A DNA stretch of 64,000 nucleotides from Escherichia coli (GCF_044324785.1 NZ_CP172127.1), one strand, 5' to 3'. Numbered from the stretch's first letter, positions 12,288 to 24,724 are shown. Notes: generated by a model from the sequence alone, not told the origin. Program-made: numbers and translations.

Positions 12288-14378
12288 TTACGCCTTCGAA
12301 TCCCGCAACTTGCGACTCAGCCAAATCCCGTGATGCGGTCGCTGACGCCATGCCATCGACGAAATGGTGTGCATGGTGTTCAGATGACCAATAACCCGCT
12401 GTAAATGCTGCTCCAGCGTACCTGCCGCGCCTTCGTGCGGCTGCATCTCCGGCGCATCCATGATATTGGCATCGCCGGAACTACCCGGTTCGTCATACTC
12501 CAGTCGCTGCTGACAACGCTGAATGGCGATTTCACAAGACTGTAAATACTCTTGTGCCAGTTCAGGTGGCAATGCCCGGTGTTCCCGCGCCAGCGTGGTC
12601 ATGGCATTAATATGCTCAACAATAAACTGGCTGTGCGTTACCCACAGTTTCATATCTGCCAGATAATGGCTGTTAAACGCCGGTTCCTGCATCGCCTGAT
12701 TCAATGAGTTATACAGAGTGTTATGCGCCTGATTTACCCGCATTCGCTGCCAGGCCAGTGGCGTAGGTTGCGGGTCCTCGCTCAGAATCAAGCGAATTGC
12801 TTCCTGATAGGCTTCTAAAGCGTCATGGGCGTTCTTACGCAATAACCCGCTCTGCCACTGCGGCCACAGCCAGACGGTACCACCGAAAGCAATTAAACAA
12901 CCAATAATGGTATCAATAAGACGTGGAAGGATGTACTGCTCACCGTTCAACCACAACAGTTGCAGGGTATACACTGCGGTAATGGTAAAACCGACCGTCG
13001 CCCAGCCGTAGTTTTTGCGCAATATCAGGTAGCTGGCGAGGGTGGTAATCAGCATCAACGTCAGGGTGTAACCTTCGGGAATTTTAAAGTGCAGGGCAAC
13101 GCCCGCAATGATTAACCCGACCACGGTTCCCACGGAGCGATTCACAATCCTCAGACGGGTTGCGCCATAGCCATTTTGCGTCACCAGCAATACCGTCATC
13201 AGGATCCAGTACGACTTCGGCAGATGCAGCGCGGTGCCCATCAGGCTGGCAACGCTTAACATCACACTGAGTCGTCCGGCATTGCGTAGCGCCGGAGACT
13301 TTAGTGACAGATAACTTTTCAGTGCCGGAAGTAACGGCATTCGCCGCTGTTTATCGGCCAGTAAGTCACGGGCATAGAGCGGTTTTTGGGTGCGCAGCAC
13401 GCGGGCGATGCGGCTGAAATGCCAATAGCAGAATTGCCCAACCGGATTATCCGGATGCTGGCGGGCGATTTTTTCCAGTGCGCCAATTTGCTTTTCCATC
13501 GTAAAACGCGTCGGCAGGCGATGGTAAAGAATGTCATCAGCCAGCACGCGCAGGCGAGCGGCGACGGTTTGCGCATTCCAGCGGATAACTTCTTCTGCAT
13601 GGCTACGCTCGACCAGCTTTTGCACCTCTTCCGGCTGATGCAAACTGACCGAAATATGTTCCTGCAAATCCAGCGCCTCCTGGAAAATACGCAGCATCCG
13701 CTTGTAATCGTTATTATTTTGCGCGGAAAGCATATGCATTTGCTGATAGCACTGGGTAATTAGATCGACCGCTTTTTGCTGGCGCACCAGCAGCGGCGGC
13801 AGCGCTTTTTCAGGGTCGGTGTGCTGGGTAAGCAGGCTGTATTTGGCTTCACAATAATCTGCCAGTTCACGGTACAGCAGACTTAGTGACTCGCGCAGCG
13901 GTTGTTCGCGCCAGATCCAGAACCAAAACCAGTTAAACAATCCGTACCAGAGAGTGCCCAACGCATAGATGAGCAACGGTTCCCAGACCGGCATGTATCC
14001 CGCCAGACTGAGGGTAAAAATGGCGGCGAGCAGCGATGCGGGAAGCAATTTTGCGTGCAATGGCCCCAGCTCAGCAGTGACGCCAAGTACCAGCGTTAGT
14101 CCAGTCAGCAAAAAGGGCAAGGGAACATCTTTTGCCAGTAACAGCTGTGTCAGCAAGCTACAGGTGGCAAACAGCGACGCACCAATGATTAAGCGTTTGA
14201 AAAAACGTTTATGAGGCGTATCAAGGCCCGCAATATTGCAACAGGCAGGAACGAGGGAGAAGAGCAGACCGAATCGTAATTCGCCAAGCATTAACCCAAT
14301 GGCCACGGGCAAACATAGCACCAGCGTTTGTCGCAGTGCATAGTTAATATCGGGGTGATAAATCAGTCTGCGCCACAT
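12288..14378 (-). CDS. yhfK: inner-membrane protein YhfK (FUSC-like)
   Basis: ORF track gives 700 aa from a TTG; the first ATG (14378-14376, MWRRLIYHP) gives 696 aa. Confidence 0.85.
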   Translation of the reverse strand: MWRRLIYHPDINYALRQTLVLCLPVAIGLMLGELRFGLLFSLVPACCNIAGLDTPHKRFFKRLIIGASLFATCSLLTQLLLAKDVPLPFLLTGLTLVLGVTAELGPLHAKLLPASLLAAIFTLSLAGYMPVWEPLLIYALGTLWYGLFNWFWFWIWREQPLRESLSLLYRELADYCEAKYSLLTQHTDPEKALPPLLVRQQKAVDLITQCYQQMHMLSAQNNNDYKRMLRIFQEALDLQEHISVSLHQPEEVQKLVERSHAEEVIRWNAQTVAARLRVLADDILYHRLPTRFTMEKQIGALEKIARQHPDNPVGQFCYWHFSRIARVLRTQKPLYARDLLADKQRRMPLLPALKSYLSLKSPALRNAGRLSVMLSVASLMGTALHLPKSYWILMTVLLVTQNGYGATRLRIVNRSVGTVVGLIIAGVALHFKIPEGYTLTLMLITTLASYLILRKNYGWATVGFTITAVYTLQLLWLNGEQYILPRLIDTIIGCLIAFGGTVWLWPQWQSGLLRKNAHDALEAYQEAIRLILSEDPQPTPLAWQRMRVNQAHNTLYNSLNQAMQEPAFNSHYLADMKLWVTHSQFIVEHINAMTTLAREHRALPPELAQEYLQSCEIAIQRCQQRLEYDEPGSSGDANIMDAPEMQPHEGAAGTLEQHLQRVIGHLNTMHTISSMAWRQRPHHGIWLSRKLRDSKA

Positions 14379-14382
14379 CGGG

Positions 14383-14416
14383 GGAAACAAAATGGCGCGC
14401 TACCAGGTAACGCGCC
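14383..14416 (-). terminator. crp intrinsic terminator
   Basis: ggcgcgctacc-a-ggtaacgcgcc hairpin 13 bp after the crp stop, followed on the transcript by UUUUGUUUCCC. Confidence 0.65.
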
Positions 14417-14428
14417 ACTCCGACGGGA

Positions 14429-15061
14429 TTAACGAGTGCCGTAAACGACGATGGTTTTACCGTGTGCGGAGATCAGGTTCTGATCTTCCAGCATCTTCAG
14501 AATGCGTCCCACGGTTTCACGAGAACAGCCAACAATCTGACCGATTTCCTGACGGGTAATTTTGATTTGCATACCGTCCGGGTGAGTCATAGCATCCGGT
14601 TGTTTTGCCAGGTTCAGCAGAGTCTGTGCAATGCGGCCCGTCACGTCGAGGAACGCCAGGTTGCCCACTTTCTCTGAAGTGACTTGCAGGCGACGCGCCA
14701 TCTGTGCAGACAGACGCATCAGAATGTCCGGGTTTACCTGAATCAATTGGCGAAATTTTTTGTACGAAATTTCAGCCACTTCACAGGCGGTTTTCGCACG
14801 TACCCATGCGCTACGTTCCTGGCCCTCTTCAAACAGGCCCAGTTCGCCAATAAAATCACCCTGATTCAGATAGGAGAGGATCATTTCTTTACCCTCTTCG
14901 TCTTTGATCAGCACTGCCACAGAGCCTTTAACGATGTAGTACAGCGTTTCCGCTTTTTCACCCTGGTGAATAAGCGTGCTCTTGGATGGGTACTTATGAA
15001 TGTGGCAATGAGACAAGAACCATTCGAGAGTCGGGTCTGTTTGCGGTTTGCCAAGCACCAT
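14429..15061 (-). CDS. crp: cAMP receptor protein (global regulator)
   Basis: 210 aa [53 protein letters not shown] with C-terminal HTH. Confidence 0.98.
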
Positions 15062-15362
15062 GCGCGGTTATCCTCTGTTATAAGCTTTCTCCAGAGCCAG
15101 ATAACGCCGCTGTCTCTGGATTGCCGAAATATGCTTCCCGCTACCTGGGAAGGGGCTATCAACTGTACTGCACGGTAATGTGACGTCCTTTGCATACATG
15201 CAGTACATCAATGTATTACTGTAGCATCCTGACTGTTTTAGCATAGCTTTCGCTTTGTGTCTCCTGGTGTCTCGCTTCAGCATGACCCAGGTCGCCTTCC
15301 GTTGCGCGATTTGGTTAGTACGCGTACTCTGTCAGGAAAATTGACGCAGTGGAGTAGCAAAA
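15062..15362. promoter_or_regulatory. crp / yhfA divergent control region (long crp 5' UTR, autoregulatory CRP site)
   Basis: 301 bp gap between divergent genes; CRP-like half sites TGTGAcgtcctTTGCA near 15180-15195. Confidence 0.5.
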
Positions 15363-15767
15363 ATGCAAGCGCGAGTGAAGTGGGTCGAAGGGTTAACTTT
15401 TCTGGGCGAATCCGCCTCTGGTCACCAGATTTTAATGGACGGCAACTCAGGCGATAAAGCACCAAGTCCGATGGAAATGGTGTTGATGGCGGCGGGTGGT
15501 TGCAGTGCCATTGATGTGGTTTCTATTCTGCAAAAAGGGCGTCAGGATGTGGTCGATTGTGAAGTAAAATTGACCTCTGAACGCCGCGAAGAGGCACCAC
15601 GCCTGTTTACGCACATTAATCTGCATTTTATCGTCACCGGTCGCGACCTGAAAGACGCAGCGGTTGCGCGTGCGGTAGATCTCTCTGCCGAGAAATATTG
15701 TTCAGTGGCGTTGATGCTGGAAAAAGCGGTGAATATTACTCACTCGTATGAAGTGGTTGCCGCGTGA
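15363..15767 (+). CDS. yhfA: OsmC-family protein YhfA
   Basis: 134 aa ORF MQARVKWVEGLTFLGESASGH. Confidence 0.9.
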   Translation: MQARVKWVEGLTFLGESASGHQILMDGNSGDKAPSPMEMVLMAAGGCSAIDVVSILQKGRQDVVDCEVKLTSERREEAPRLFTHINLHFIVTGRDLKDAAVARAVDLSAEKYCSVALMLEKAVNITHSYEVVAA

Positions 15768-15787
15768 TTTAACTATCCCATTGTGAA

Positions 15788-15809
15788 GCCGGATAGTATT
15801 TTATCCGGC
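15788..15809. terminator. hairpin between convergent yhfA and prkB (possible bidirectional terminator)
   Basis: gccggata-gtattt-tatccggc inverted repeat; no strong T-run. Confidence 0.35.
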
Positions 15810-15821
15810 GTAATAGCAAAG

Positions 15822-16691
15822 TTACTCGATTTTCTTTCCTTCCATCAATCGTTGCACCAGCGGCAGCATAATTAATTCCATTGCCAGACCCATTTTGCCG
15901 CCCGGTACCACTAACGTATTGATGTGGGAAATGAATGAGCCTTGCAACATCGCCAGCAGCCAGGGAAAATCGATCCCTTCCAGATTACGAAAATGGATCA
16001 CCACAAAGCTTTCATCCAGCGACGGGATACCTTTTGCCGCGAACGGGTTTGAAGTGTCGACGGTGGGAACGCGCTGGAAGTTAAGATGGGTGCGGGAAAA
16101 CTGCGGTGTGATGTAGTTGATATAGTCTTCCATTGAACGCACTACCGAGTCCATCACTGCTTCTCGTGAGTGCCCGCGCTCGCTGGTGTCGCGGATCAGT
16201 TTTTGAATCCACTCAAGGTTAACGATAGGCACCACGCCGACCAGTAAGTCCACATGCTGCGCAACGTTATGCTGTGGCGTGACTACGCCGCCGTGTAAAC
16301 CTTCATAAAACAGTACATCAGTGGGTTCCGGTAAAGGTTGCCATGGGGTGAATGTCCCAGGTACCTGATTCCACGGTACGGCTTCGTCGTAGGTATGCAG
16401 ATATTTGCGAGATTTCCCTTTGCCGCTCTGACCATATTCAATGAAGGTTTGTTCCAGCAGGCCAAAGTCGTTCGCTTCGGGGCCGAAGTAGCTGATATGC
16501 CGCCCGGCGTCGCGTGCTTTGCGGATCGCCATGTCCATTTCCGGGCGTGTGTAACGGTGAAAACTGTCGCCTTCCACCTCGGCTGCATGCAGATTTAACT
16601 GCGCGAATATTTTACGAAACGCGAGGCTGGTGGTGGTGGTCCCCGCGCCGCTGGATCCTGTTACCGCAATGACCGGATGTTTGGCAGACAT
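15822..16691 (-). CDS. prkB: phosphoribulokinase homolog
   Basis: 289 aa ORF, P-loop VIAVTGSSGAGTTTTS. Confidence 0.93.
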   Translation of the reverse strand: MSAKHPVIAVTGSSGAGTTTTSLAFRKIFAQLNLHAAEVEGDSFHRYTRPEMDMAIRKARDAGRHISYFGPEANDFGLLEQTFIEYGQSGKGKSRKYLHTYDEAVPWNQVPGTFTPWQPLPEPTDVLFYEGLHGGVVTPQHNVAQHVDLLVGVVPIVNLEWIQKLIRDTSERGHSREAVMDSVVRSMEDYINYITPQFSRTHLNFQRVPTVDTSNPFAAKGIPSLDESFVVIHFRNLEGIDFPWLLAMLQGSFISHINTLVVPGGKMGLAMELIMLPLVQRLMEGKKIE

Positions 16692-16744
16692 AGTAACTCC
16701 ATGACTTAGCTATCATTATTATCTCGTCCGCCGACGGTTGCAGG

Positions 16745-16963
16745 TTATTCGCGAAACTGACTGCGCGGCATGATATTGACCGTTTCGTGCAGCTCCGACC
16801 ATACCAGCACCGCTTCTCCGCACTGTAGCTGGCGTTTGACGTCGGCGACTTTCTGTTCAAGTGTACGCTCATGTTCACCATAATCGGTGCCTTCACGTAA
16901 CACAAAGCTTTCAATTAAATTTTCCAGCGTTTCGGGGGAGAGGTCTTGCCACGGAATCAACAT
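16745..16963 (-). CDS. yheU: UPF0270 protein YheU
   Basis: 72 aa [32 protein letters not shown]. Confidence 0.9.
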
Positions 16964-17979
16964 GATTTCGCCTCCAGATACGTTGTTAACCAGTCAGGAA
17001 TGCGTGACTCCAGCCACATTTGCGGATGAAGTAACGTACCGCCAATAAAGCCAACATGACCGCCATGTTCAGTCAGTTGATACTCCACCTGCGGGGGGAG
17101 ACTTTCCGGTTTCGGGATCACCTGATGATCCATAAACGGATCGTCTTTGGCGTGAATAATCAGCGTCGGTTTGGCGATCCGGTTCAGCATCGGCATGGCG
17201 CTACACTGACGATAATAGTCGATAGCGTCAGCGTAGCCGTGAATTCTGGCGGTGATGAGATCGTCAAATTCACGGATGCGACGTACCGATTTTAACTGCG
17301 CGAGATTAATCGGCAGTGTTCCGGGGTAGGCTGCCAGCTTGCGCGCGGCATTGGCTTTTAACAGGTTCAGCAAGTAACGCTGATAAACGCGGGAAAAGCC
17401 CTTTTCCATATGGTAACTACAGGCCTCCAGCATAAATGGCGCGGAGACAATTACCGCTGCATCAATCGGGAGGTTATTACCTTCTTTTGCCAGCAAACAG
17501 GCCAGCATATTACCGCCGAGCGAATAGCCGACGGCAGCCGTTGGCGCATGACCAAATTCGCGTTGCAGCCAGCGTAAAAACCAGCTGGCGTCTTCGGTTT
17601 CGCCCGAATGGTAAATGCGGTGCATACGGTTTGGTTCACCGCTGCATCCGCGAAAATGCATCACCACGCCCAGCCAGCCACGCTTTTGCGCCGCCTCAAC
17701 CAGACCGTGGGCGTAAGGGCTATTGAGACTGCCTTCGAGCCCGTGAAACACGACTAAACGCGGTTTATGCCGCGCCTGTGCAGGATCTTCACTCCACGCG
17801 AGATCGACAAAATCGCCGTCGGGCAACTCCAGTCGCTGCCAGTGCGGGGTGAATTTCACCTTGCGACGAAACAGACGCGGCAGCATGGTTTGTAGATGAC
17901 AATTGCTAAAGCCGCGCATGGGGGTGAATTCAGCACTGCTGCTGAATTCATTGGCATCGGTCGTCGTTATCTGCGCCAT
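16957..17979 (-). CDS. yheT: alpha/beta hydrolase YheT
   Basis: 340 aa [21 protein letters not shown]; ATG overlaps the displaced yheS stop (TGATG). Confidence 0.93.
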
Positions 17980-18074
17980 CAGTTGCTTTGGCCTTCCAGC
18001 AGCATCTGCTCAAGCTGCTCCTGGGCTTCCAGCCATGCCATTTCGCACTCTTCCAGGCCGGATTTGGCGCTGGC
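17979..18074 (-). pseudogene. yheS: displaced 3' fragment of yheS (last 30 codons plus stop), separated from the gene body by the IS
   Basis: Minus-strand translation of 18071-17982 gives SAKSGLEECEMAWLEAQEQLEQMLLEGQSN then stop, the native YheS C-terminus; no start codon of its own. Confidence 0.85.
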
Positions 18075-18829
<755 letters not shown>

Positions 18830-18933
18830 ATCAGCATACTTGTCCTTAGCCTTCTGCAGTGACAGCTGGTAGTACAGCGTGCTTCTGGCCAGCCCTGCAG
18901 CCTTTAACAGGTCAGACTGGCAGTGTCCGCACC

Positions 18934-19464
18934 TCAGGCTCCGGATGACTTTCGTTTTTTCTCCAGCTCCTGGCGCTTTTTTTCCAGGAGATGCTCCTGC
19001 ATGGCTTTCAGATATGCATTTTCTGCGCGAAGATAACGCAGCTCATTCTTCATCTCTTCCGGCGTCATGTTTGCCTCGTTTTCATGGGTATCATCAGAAC
19101 GGGTCATGCTTTTCTCCTTCCTGCGCCTGATAAAGGCCTCATTACCAGATTTGCGGTAGCCTTTTATCCAGTTTTTAACCGTGTTGTGGCTGGGAATGTT
19201 AAACCGGGCAGCTACCCGGGGTAGAGACTCAGAATGCCCGAGAGCATAAAGAACCACGCAAAGTTTATCTTCAGGAGAATAGCTACGCTTGTGTCTGCAA
19301 TCCAGTGCCCGAGGACCGTGAAGAAGAAAAAGATTAATCCAGTGTGAGAGGCTGGTGTGAGAAAGTTGAAAGAGTTTTGCCGTAGAAATGATGCCTGCAT
19401 GACCAGCCAGGTAATGATTTACAGCGGCAAGTTTTACTTCAAATGAATGTTTCATAAACTGCAC
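18934..19464 (-). CDS. IS transposase OrfA (HTH DNA-binding, leucine-zipper-like C-terminus)
   Basis: 176 aa ORF; size and motif KHSFEVKLAAVNHY typical of IS150-group OrfA. Confidence 0.85.
   Translation of the reverse strand: MQFMKHSFEVKLAAVNHYLAGHAGIISTAKLFQLSHTSLSHWINLFLLHGPRALDCRHKRSYSPEDKLCVVLYALGHSESLPRVAARFNIPSHNTVKNWIKGYRKSGNEAFIRRRKEKSMTRSDDTHENEANMTPEEMKNELRYLRAENAYLKAMQEHLLEKKRQELEKKRKSSGA
18976..18982 (-). other. programmed -1 ribosomal frameshift site A_AAA_AAG
   Basis: Transcript reads CUG GAA AAA AAG CGC in the orfA frame; the -1 frame is open from here through orfB. Confidence 0.7.
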
Positions 19465-21328
19465 CTTCAGATGTCAGATTATGTCCAACATTTGGGGTGC
19501 AGTTCATGGCTTGCTGTTGCAGGCATGCGGTCAGTTCTGCTTTACGGCTTTGATCGTACAGTTCGCTGTCGCCGAGTTTCTCTTCCGCCTGCGCCAGCTG
19601 TGCGTTCAGCTTCTCCATCTCTTTTTCCAGACGGGCAATCTCTTTACGCAGTGGCTGGGTTTGCGCACGCAGCTCCGCTTCCCGACGCTTCTGATCTTTA
19701 CGTGCCTGGGCGCTGTTCGCGTTCTCTTTTGGCGAGTCGTCGGCCTGGTTTTCCTGCTTTTGTACGTCGCTCAACCACTGTTGATAATCTTCCAGATCGC
19801 CGTCGAACGGTTCGACTTTACGATCGTGAACCAGGTAGAGATCGTCAGTGGTGGAACGCAGCAAATGACGGTCGTGCGAGACGACAACCAGCGCGCCTTC
19901 GAACTCGATTAATGCTTCGGTGAGAGCCTGACGCATGTCGAGGTCAAGGTGGTTGGTCGGTTCGTCGAGCAGCAGCAGATTCGGACGCTGCCAGACGATT
20001 AATGCCAGCACCAGGCGGGCTTTTTCCCCACCGGAAAAGCGGCGCGTTTCTTCCGTCACTTTATCGCCCTGGAAACCAAAGCCGCCGAGGTAGTCACGCA
20101 GTTTTTGTTCCAGTTCCTGCGGCGCTAAACGTGCCAGATGTTGAATAGGCGATTCGTCGGCGCGCAGGTATTCCAGTTGATGCTGGGCGAAGTAGCCGAG
20201 CTTGATCCCTTTCGCCAGATCAATTTCACCGCTGACTGGCGCAAGTTCGCCGGCTAACAGTTTGATTAATGTCGATTTACCCGCGCCGTTGCGGCCTAAC
20301 AGACCAATGCGCGAGCCGGGGACCAGATTCAGTTTAATCGAGTCGAGAATAATGCGATCACCATAGCCTGCGCTGACTTTTTCCATCTTTAATAACGGAT
20401 TAGGCAGGCTTTCCGGCGCGCGGAAGCTAAAACGAAACGGGTTGTCAACGTGCGCGGGGGCAATCAGCTCCATACGCTCGAGCATCTTAATGCGGCTCTG
20501 GGCCTGCTTCGCTTTGGTGGCTTTGGCACGGAAACGGTCGATATAACTTTGCAGATGCGCCACGCGTTCCTGCTGGCTTTCGTACATCGCTTGTTGCTGC
20601 GCCAGACGGGTGGCGCGCTGCACTTCAAACGAACTGTAGTTGCCGGTGTACTCGAACATGCTTTGTTGTTCGATATGAATAATTTTATCAACGATCGGAT
20701 CGAGGAAGTCGCGGTCGTGAGAGATCAGGATCAGCGTGCCCTGATAGCTCTTCAGCCATTTTTCCAGCCAGATAACGGCATCGAGATCGAGGTGGTTAGT
20801 CGGTTCGTCGAGCAGCAGCAAGTCTGAACGGCAAATCAGCGCCTGGGCAAGGTTAAGACGCATACGCCAGCCCCCGGAAAAATCACTTACCGGGCGCTCC
20901 AGTTGTTCATTGCTGAAACCGAGGCCGTGCAGCAGGCTGGCGGCGCGGGAGCGAATACTCCATGCGTCGATAGCATCCAGCTTGCCATGAATGGTCGCAA
21001 TGGCGTGCCCGTCGTTACGTTCGTTGGCGTCGTGTAGCTGCGCTTCCAGTTGACGATATTCACGGTCGCCGTCAATGACATATTCCAGCGCCGCTTGCGG
21101 TAACGCCGGCGTTTCCTGATTCACCCACGCCAGTTGCCAGCTTCCCGGAAAGGTGTAGCTGCCGCCGTCGGCGCTGATTTCATTTTTCAGCAATGCCAGC
21201 AGGGTAGATTTACCACAGCCGTTTTTACCCACCAGGCCGACTTTCTGCCCGGGGTTGATGGTGGCGGTGGCATTATCCAGCAGGACGCGCACGCCGCGAC
21301 GAATTTGTAACGAGGAGAAAACAATCAT
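19439..21328 (-). pseudogene. yheS: ABC-F family ATPase YheS, interrupted after codon 607 by the IS; reading frame runs 22 codons into the IS
   Basis: 629 aa ORF with two ABC cassettes; native sequence ends ...TACLQQQA, followed by IS-encoded MNCTPNVGHNLTSEGAVYETFI and stop at 19439. Confidence 0.85.
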
Positions 21329-21455
21329 AAGGTGCCGTATGTTCAGACTATGTTAACTTATCATTATGATAATGTAATGTATGGGCGAGCTGCCGCACCG
21401 GGCGCAATGGTAGCCCAAAACAGCGACTATACACAAAAACCATACCGGGAGGGGG

Positions 21456-22010
21456 ATGATGTCTCAGCCAGCGAAAGTTTTGCTGCTGTATGCCCATCCG
21501 GAATCTCAGGACTCGGTGGCAAACCGGGTACTGCTTAAACCGGCCACGCAGCTCAGCAATGTTACCGTGCACGACCTTTACGCGCACTATCCCGACTTTT
21601 TTATTGATATCCCTCGTGAGCAGGCATTACTGCGCGAGCACGAGGTGATTGTCTTTCAGCATCCTCTTTATACCTATAGCTGCCCGGCGCTACTGAAAGA
21701 GTGGCTGGACCGGGTATTAAGCCGTGGTTTTGCCAGCGGACCGGGGGGAAACCAACTGGCGGGAAAGTACTGGCGTAGCGTGATTACCACCGGCGAGCCG
21801 GAAAGTGCTTACCGTTATGACGCCTTGAATCGCTACCCGATGAGCGATGTTCTGCGCCCCTTTGAACTGGCGGCGGGCATGTGCCGGATGCATTGGTTGA
21901 GTCCCATCATTATTTACTGGGCGAGACGGCAAAGCGCACAGGAGCTGGCGAGTCACGCCAGAGCCTACGGTGACTGGCTGGCAAATCCGCTGTCTCCAGG
22001 AGGCCGCTGA
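21456..22010 (+). CDS. kefG: KefB ancillary protein (NAD(P)H-quinone oxidoreductase-like)
   Basis: 184 aa [23 protein letters not shown]; stop overlaps the kefB start. Confidence 0.93.
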
Positions 22011-23815
22011 TGGAAGGTTCCGATTTTTTACTCGCAGGAGTGCTGTTTCTCTTCGCGGCGGTGGCTGCGGTGCCGTTGGCATCGCGGCTGGGGATTGGCG
22101 CTGTGTTGGGATATTTGCTGGCAGGGATTGCAATTGGCCCGTGGGGGCTGGGGTTTATTAGCGACGTCGATGAGATCCTCCACTTTTCGGAACTCGGCGT
22201 GGTGTTCCTGATGTTTATCATCGGCCTGGAGTTGAATCCTTCCAAACTTTGGCAATTGCGACGCTCGATTTTTGGCGTAGGCGCGGCACAGGTGCTGTTA
22301 AGCGCGGCGTTGCTGGCGGGATTATTGATGCTGACGGATTTCGCCTGGCAGGCGGCGGTGGTCGGTGGCATTGGCCTTGCGATGTCTTCAACTGCAATGG
22401 CGTTGCAATTGATGCGTGAGAAAGGGATGAATCGCAGCGAATCCGGGCAGTTAGGCTTCTCGGTACTGCTGTTTCAGGATCTGGCGGTGATCCCGGCGCT
22501 GGCGTTAGTGCCGTTGTTGGCGGGGGCGGCAGACGAACATTTCGACTGGATGAAGATCGGCATGAAGGTGCTGGCGTTTGTCGGCATGCTGATTGGCGGG
22601 CGCTATTTACTGCGTCCGGTATTCCGTTTTATTGCAGCTTCTGGCGTGCGGGAAGTGTTCACCGCCGCGACGCTACTGCTGGTGTTGGGTTCCGCATTGT
22701 TTATGGATGCGCTGGGGCTGTCGATGGCGCTTGGTACGTTTATTGCGGGCGTGTTGCTGGCAGAAAGCGAATATCGCCACGAACTGGAAACGGCTATCGA
22801 TCCCTTCAAAGGCTTGCTGCTCGGTTTGTTCTTTATCTCTGTCGGCATGTCGCTCAATCTCGGGGTGCTTTATACCCATCTGTTGTGGGTAGTGATAAGC
22901 GTGGTTGTGCTGGTGACGGTGAAAATTCTCGTGCTGTATCTGCTGGCGCGATTATATGGCGTGCGTAGCTCAGAGCGGATGCAGTTTGCTGGCGTGTTGA
23001 GTCAGGGCGGTGAGTTTGCCTTTGTGCTCTTTTCTACCGCTTCTTCACAACGCTTATTCCAGGGCGACCAGATGGCGCTATTGCTGGTGACGGTGACGCT
23101 TTCCATGATGACCACGCCGCTGCTGATGAAGCTGGTAGATAAATGGCTATCCCGCCAGTTTAACGGACCGGAAGAAGAAGTCGAAAAACCGTGGGTCAAC
23201 GATGATAAACCGCAGGTCATTGTCGTGGGCTTTGGGCGTTTTGGTCAGGTGATTGGTCGCTTGCTGATGGCAAATAAAATGCGCATTACTGTGCTGGAGC
23301 GGGATATCAGCGCCGTTAACCTGATGCGCAAATATGGCTACAAAGTTTATTACGGCGACGCCACGCAGGTCGATCTTTTACGTTCTGCGGGAGCAGAGGC
23401 CGCTGAGTCTATCGTCATTACCTGTAACGAGCCGGAAGACACCATGAAGCTGGTGGAAATATGCCAGCAGCACTTTCCGCATTTGCATATTCTTGCGCGA
23501 GCGCGCGGACGTGTGGAGGCGCATGAGTTATTACAGGCAGGGGTGACGCAGTTTTCTCGTGAGACATTCTCCAGTGCGTTAGAGCTGGGGCGCAAGACGC
23601 TGGTCACGCTTGGCATGCATCCACATCAGGCGCAGCGGGCGCAACTGCATTTTCGCCGCCTGGATATGCGGATGTTGCGGGAGCTCATCCCAATGCATGC
23701 CGACACCGTACAAATTTCTCGCGCCAGGGAAGCCCGACGCGAACTGGAAGAGATTTTCCAGCGTGAAATGCAACAAGAACGACGCCAGCTGGACGGCTGG
23801 GATGAATTTGAGTAG
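22010..23815 (+). CDS. kefB: glutathione-regulated K+ efflux antiporter
   Basis: 601 aa ORF with CPA2 membrane domain and C-terminal KTN/RCK domain. Confidence 0.95.
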   Translation: MEGSDFLLAGVLFLFAAVAAVPLASRLGIGAVLGYLLAGIAIGPWGLGFISDVDEILHFSELGVVFLMFIIGLELNPSKLWQLRRSIFGVGAAQVLLSAALLAGLLMLTDFAWQAAVVGGIGLAMSSTAMALQLMREKGMNRSESGQLGFSVLLFQDLAVIPALALVPLLAGAADEHFDWMKIGMKVLAFVGMLIGGRYLLRPVFRFIAASGVREVFTAATLLLVLGSALFMDALGLSMALGTFIAGVLLAESEYRHELETAIDPFKGLLLGLFFISVGMSLNLGVLYTHLLWVVISVVVLVTVKILVLYLLARLYGVRSSERMQFAGVLSQGGEFAFVLFSTASSQRLFQGDQMALLLVTVTLSMMTTPLLMKLVDKWLSRQFNGPEEEVEKPWVNDDKPQVIVVGFGRFGQVIGRLLMANKMRITVLERDISAVNLMRKYGYKVYYGDATQVDLLRSAGAEAAESIVITCNEPEDTMKLVEICQQHFPHLHILARARGRVEAHELLQAGVTQFSRETFSSALELGRKTLVTLGMHPHQAQRAQLHFRRLDMRMLRELIPMHADTVQISRAREARRELEEIFQREMQQERRQLDGWDEFE

Positions 23816-23824
23816 AGGGTAAAG

Positions 23825-24025
23825 ATGGCAATCCGAAAACGTTTTATTGCGGGGGCAAAATGCCCGGCCTGTCAGGCGCAGGATTCAATGGCGATGTGGC
23901 GCGAAAATAATATTGATATTGTTGAATGTGTTAAGTGCGGACATCAGATGCGAGAAGCAGACAAAGAAGCCCGCGATCACGTTCGCAAAGATGAGCAAGT
24001 GATCGGGATTTTTCATCCGGACTAG
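23825..24025 (+). CDS. yheV: small zinc-ribbon protein YheV
   Basis: 66 aa ORF with CPAC...CVKCGH cysteine pairs; 9 bp after the kefB stop. Confidence 0.9.
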   Translation: MAIRKRFIAGAKCPACQAQDSMAMWRENNIDIVECVKCGHQMREADKEARDHVRKDEQVIGIFHPD

Positions 24026-24119
24026 CGATATGCGCCGAGTTTTTTTAAGCTAGTGAGTACACGGCTGCAGAATTCCGCTACAATCTGCGCCACTATTCTT
24101 CCCATGCTCAGGAGATATC

Positions 24120-24710
24120 ATGAAAGTAGCAAAAGACCTGGTGGTCAGCCTGGCCTATCAGGTACGTACAGAAGACGGTGTGTTGGTTGATGAGTCTCCG
24201 GTGAGTGCGCCGCTGGACTACCTGCATGGTCACGGTTCCCTGATCTCTGGCCTGGAAACGGCGCTGGAAGGTCACGAAGTTGGCGACAAATTTGATGTCG
24301 CTGTTGGCGCGAACGACGCTTACGGTCAGTACGACGAAAACCTGGTGCAACGCGTTCCTAAAGACGTATTTATGGGCGTTGATGAACTGCAGGTAGGTAT
24401 GCGTTTCCTGGCTGAAACTGACCAGGGTCCGGTACCGGTTGAAATCACTGCGGTTGAAGACGATCACGTCGTGGTTGATGGTAACCACATGCTGGCCGGT
24501 CAGAACCTGAAATTCAACGTTGAAGTTGTGGCGATTCGCGAAGCGACTGAAGAAGAGCTGGCTCATGGCCACGTTCACGGTGCGCACGATCATCACCACG
24601 ATCACGACCACGACGGTTGCTGCGGTGGTCATGGCCACGATCACGGTCATGAACACGGTAGCGAAGGCTGCTGCGGCGGTAAAGGTAACGGCGGTTGCGG
24701 TTGCCACTAA
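24120..24710 (+). CDS. slyD: FKBP-type peptidyl-prolyl isomerase / metallochaperone SlyD
   Basis: 196 aa ORF with His/Cys/Gly-rich C-terminal tail (HGHVHGAHDHHHDHDHDGCCGGHGHDHGHEHGSEGCCGG). Confidence 0.97.
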   Translation: MKVAKDLVVSLAYQVRTEDGVLVDESPVSAPLDYLHGHGSLISGLETALEGHEVGDKFDVAVGANDAYGQYDENLVQRVPKDVFMGVDELQVGMRFLAETDQGPVPVEITAVEDDHVVVDGNHMLAGQNLKFNVEVVAIREATEEELAHGHVHGAHDHHHDHDHDGCCGGHGHDHGHEHGSEGCCGGKGNGGCGCH

Positions 24711-24724
24711 TACCGAAAAAGTGA

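Noticed and set aside
19439-21328. 629 aa ORF as an intact native protein
   Set aside because: It is a chimera: the last 22 residues are encoded by the IS and the true YheS C-terminus is displaced to 17979-18074. Annotated as an interrupted gene.
24108-24707. 199 aa minus-strand ORF antisense to slyD
   Set aside because: Produced by the repetitive His/Cys-tail codons of slyD; low-complexity translation.
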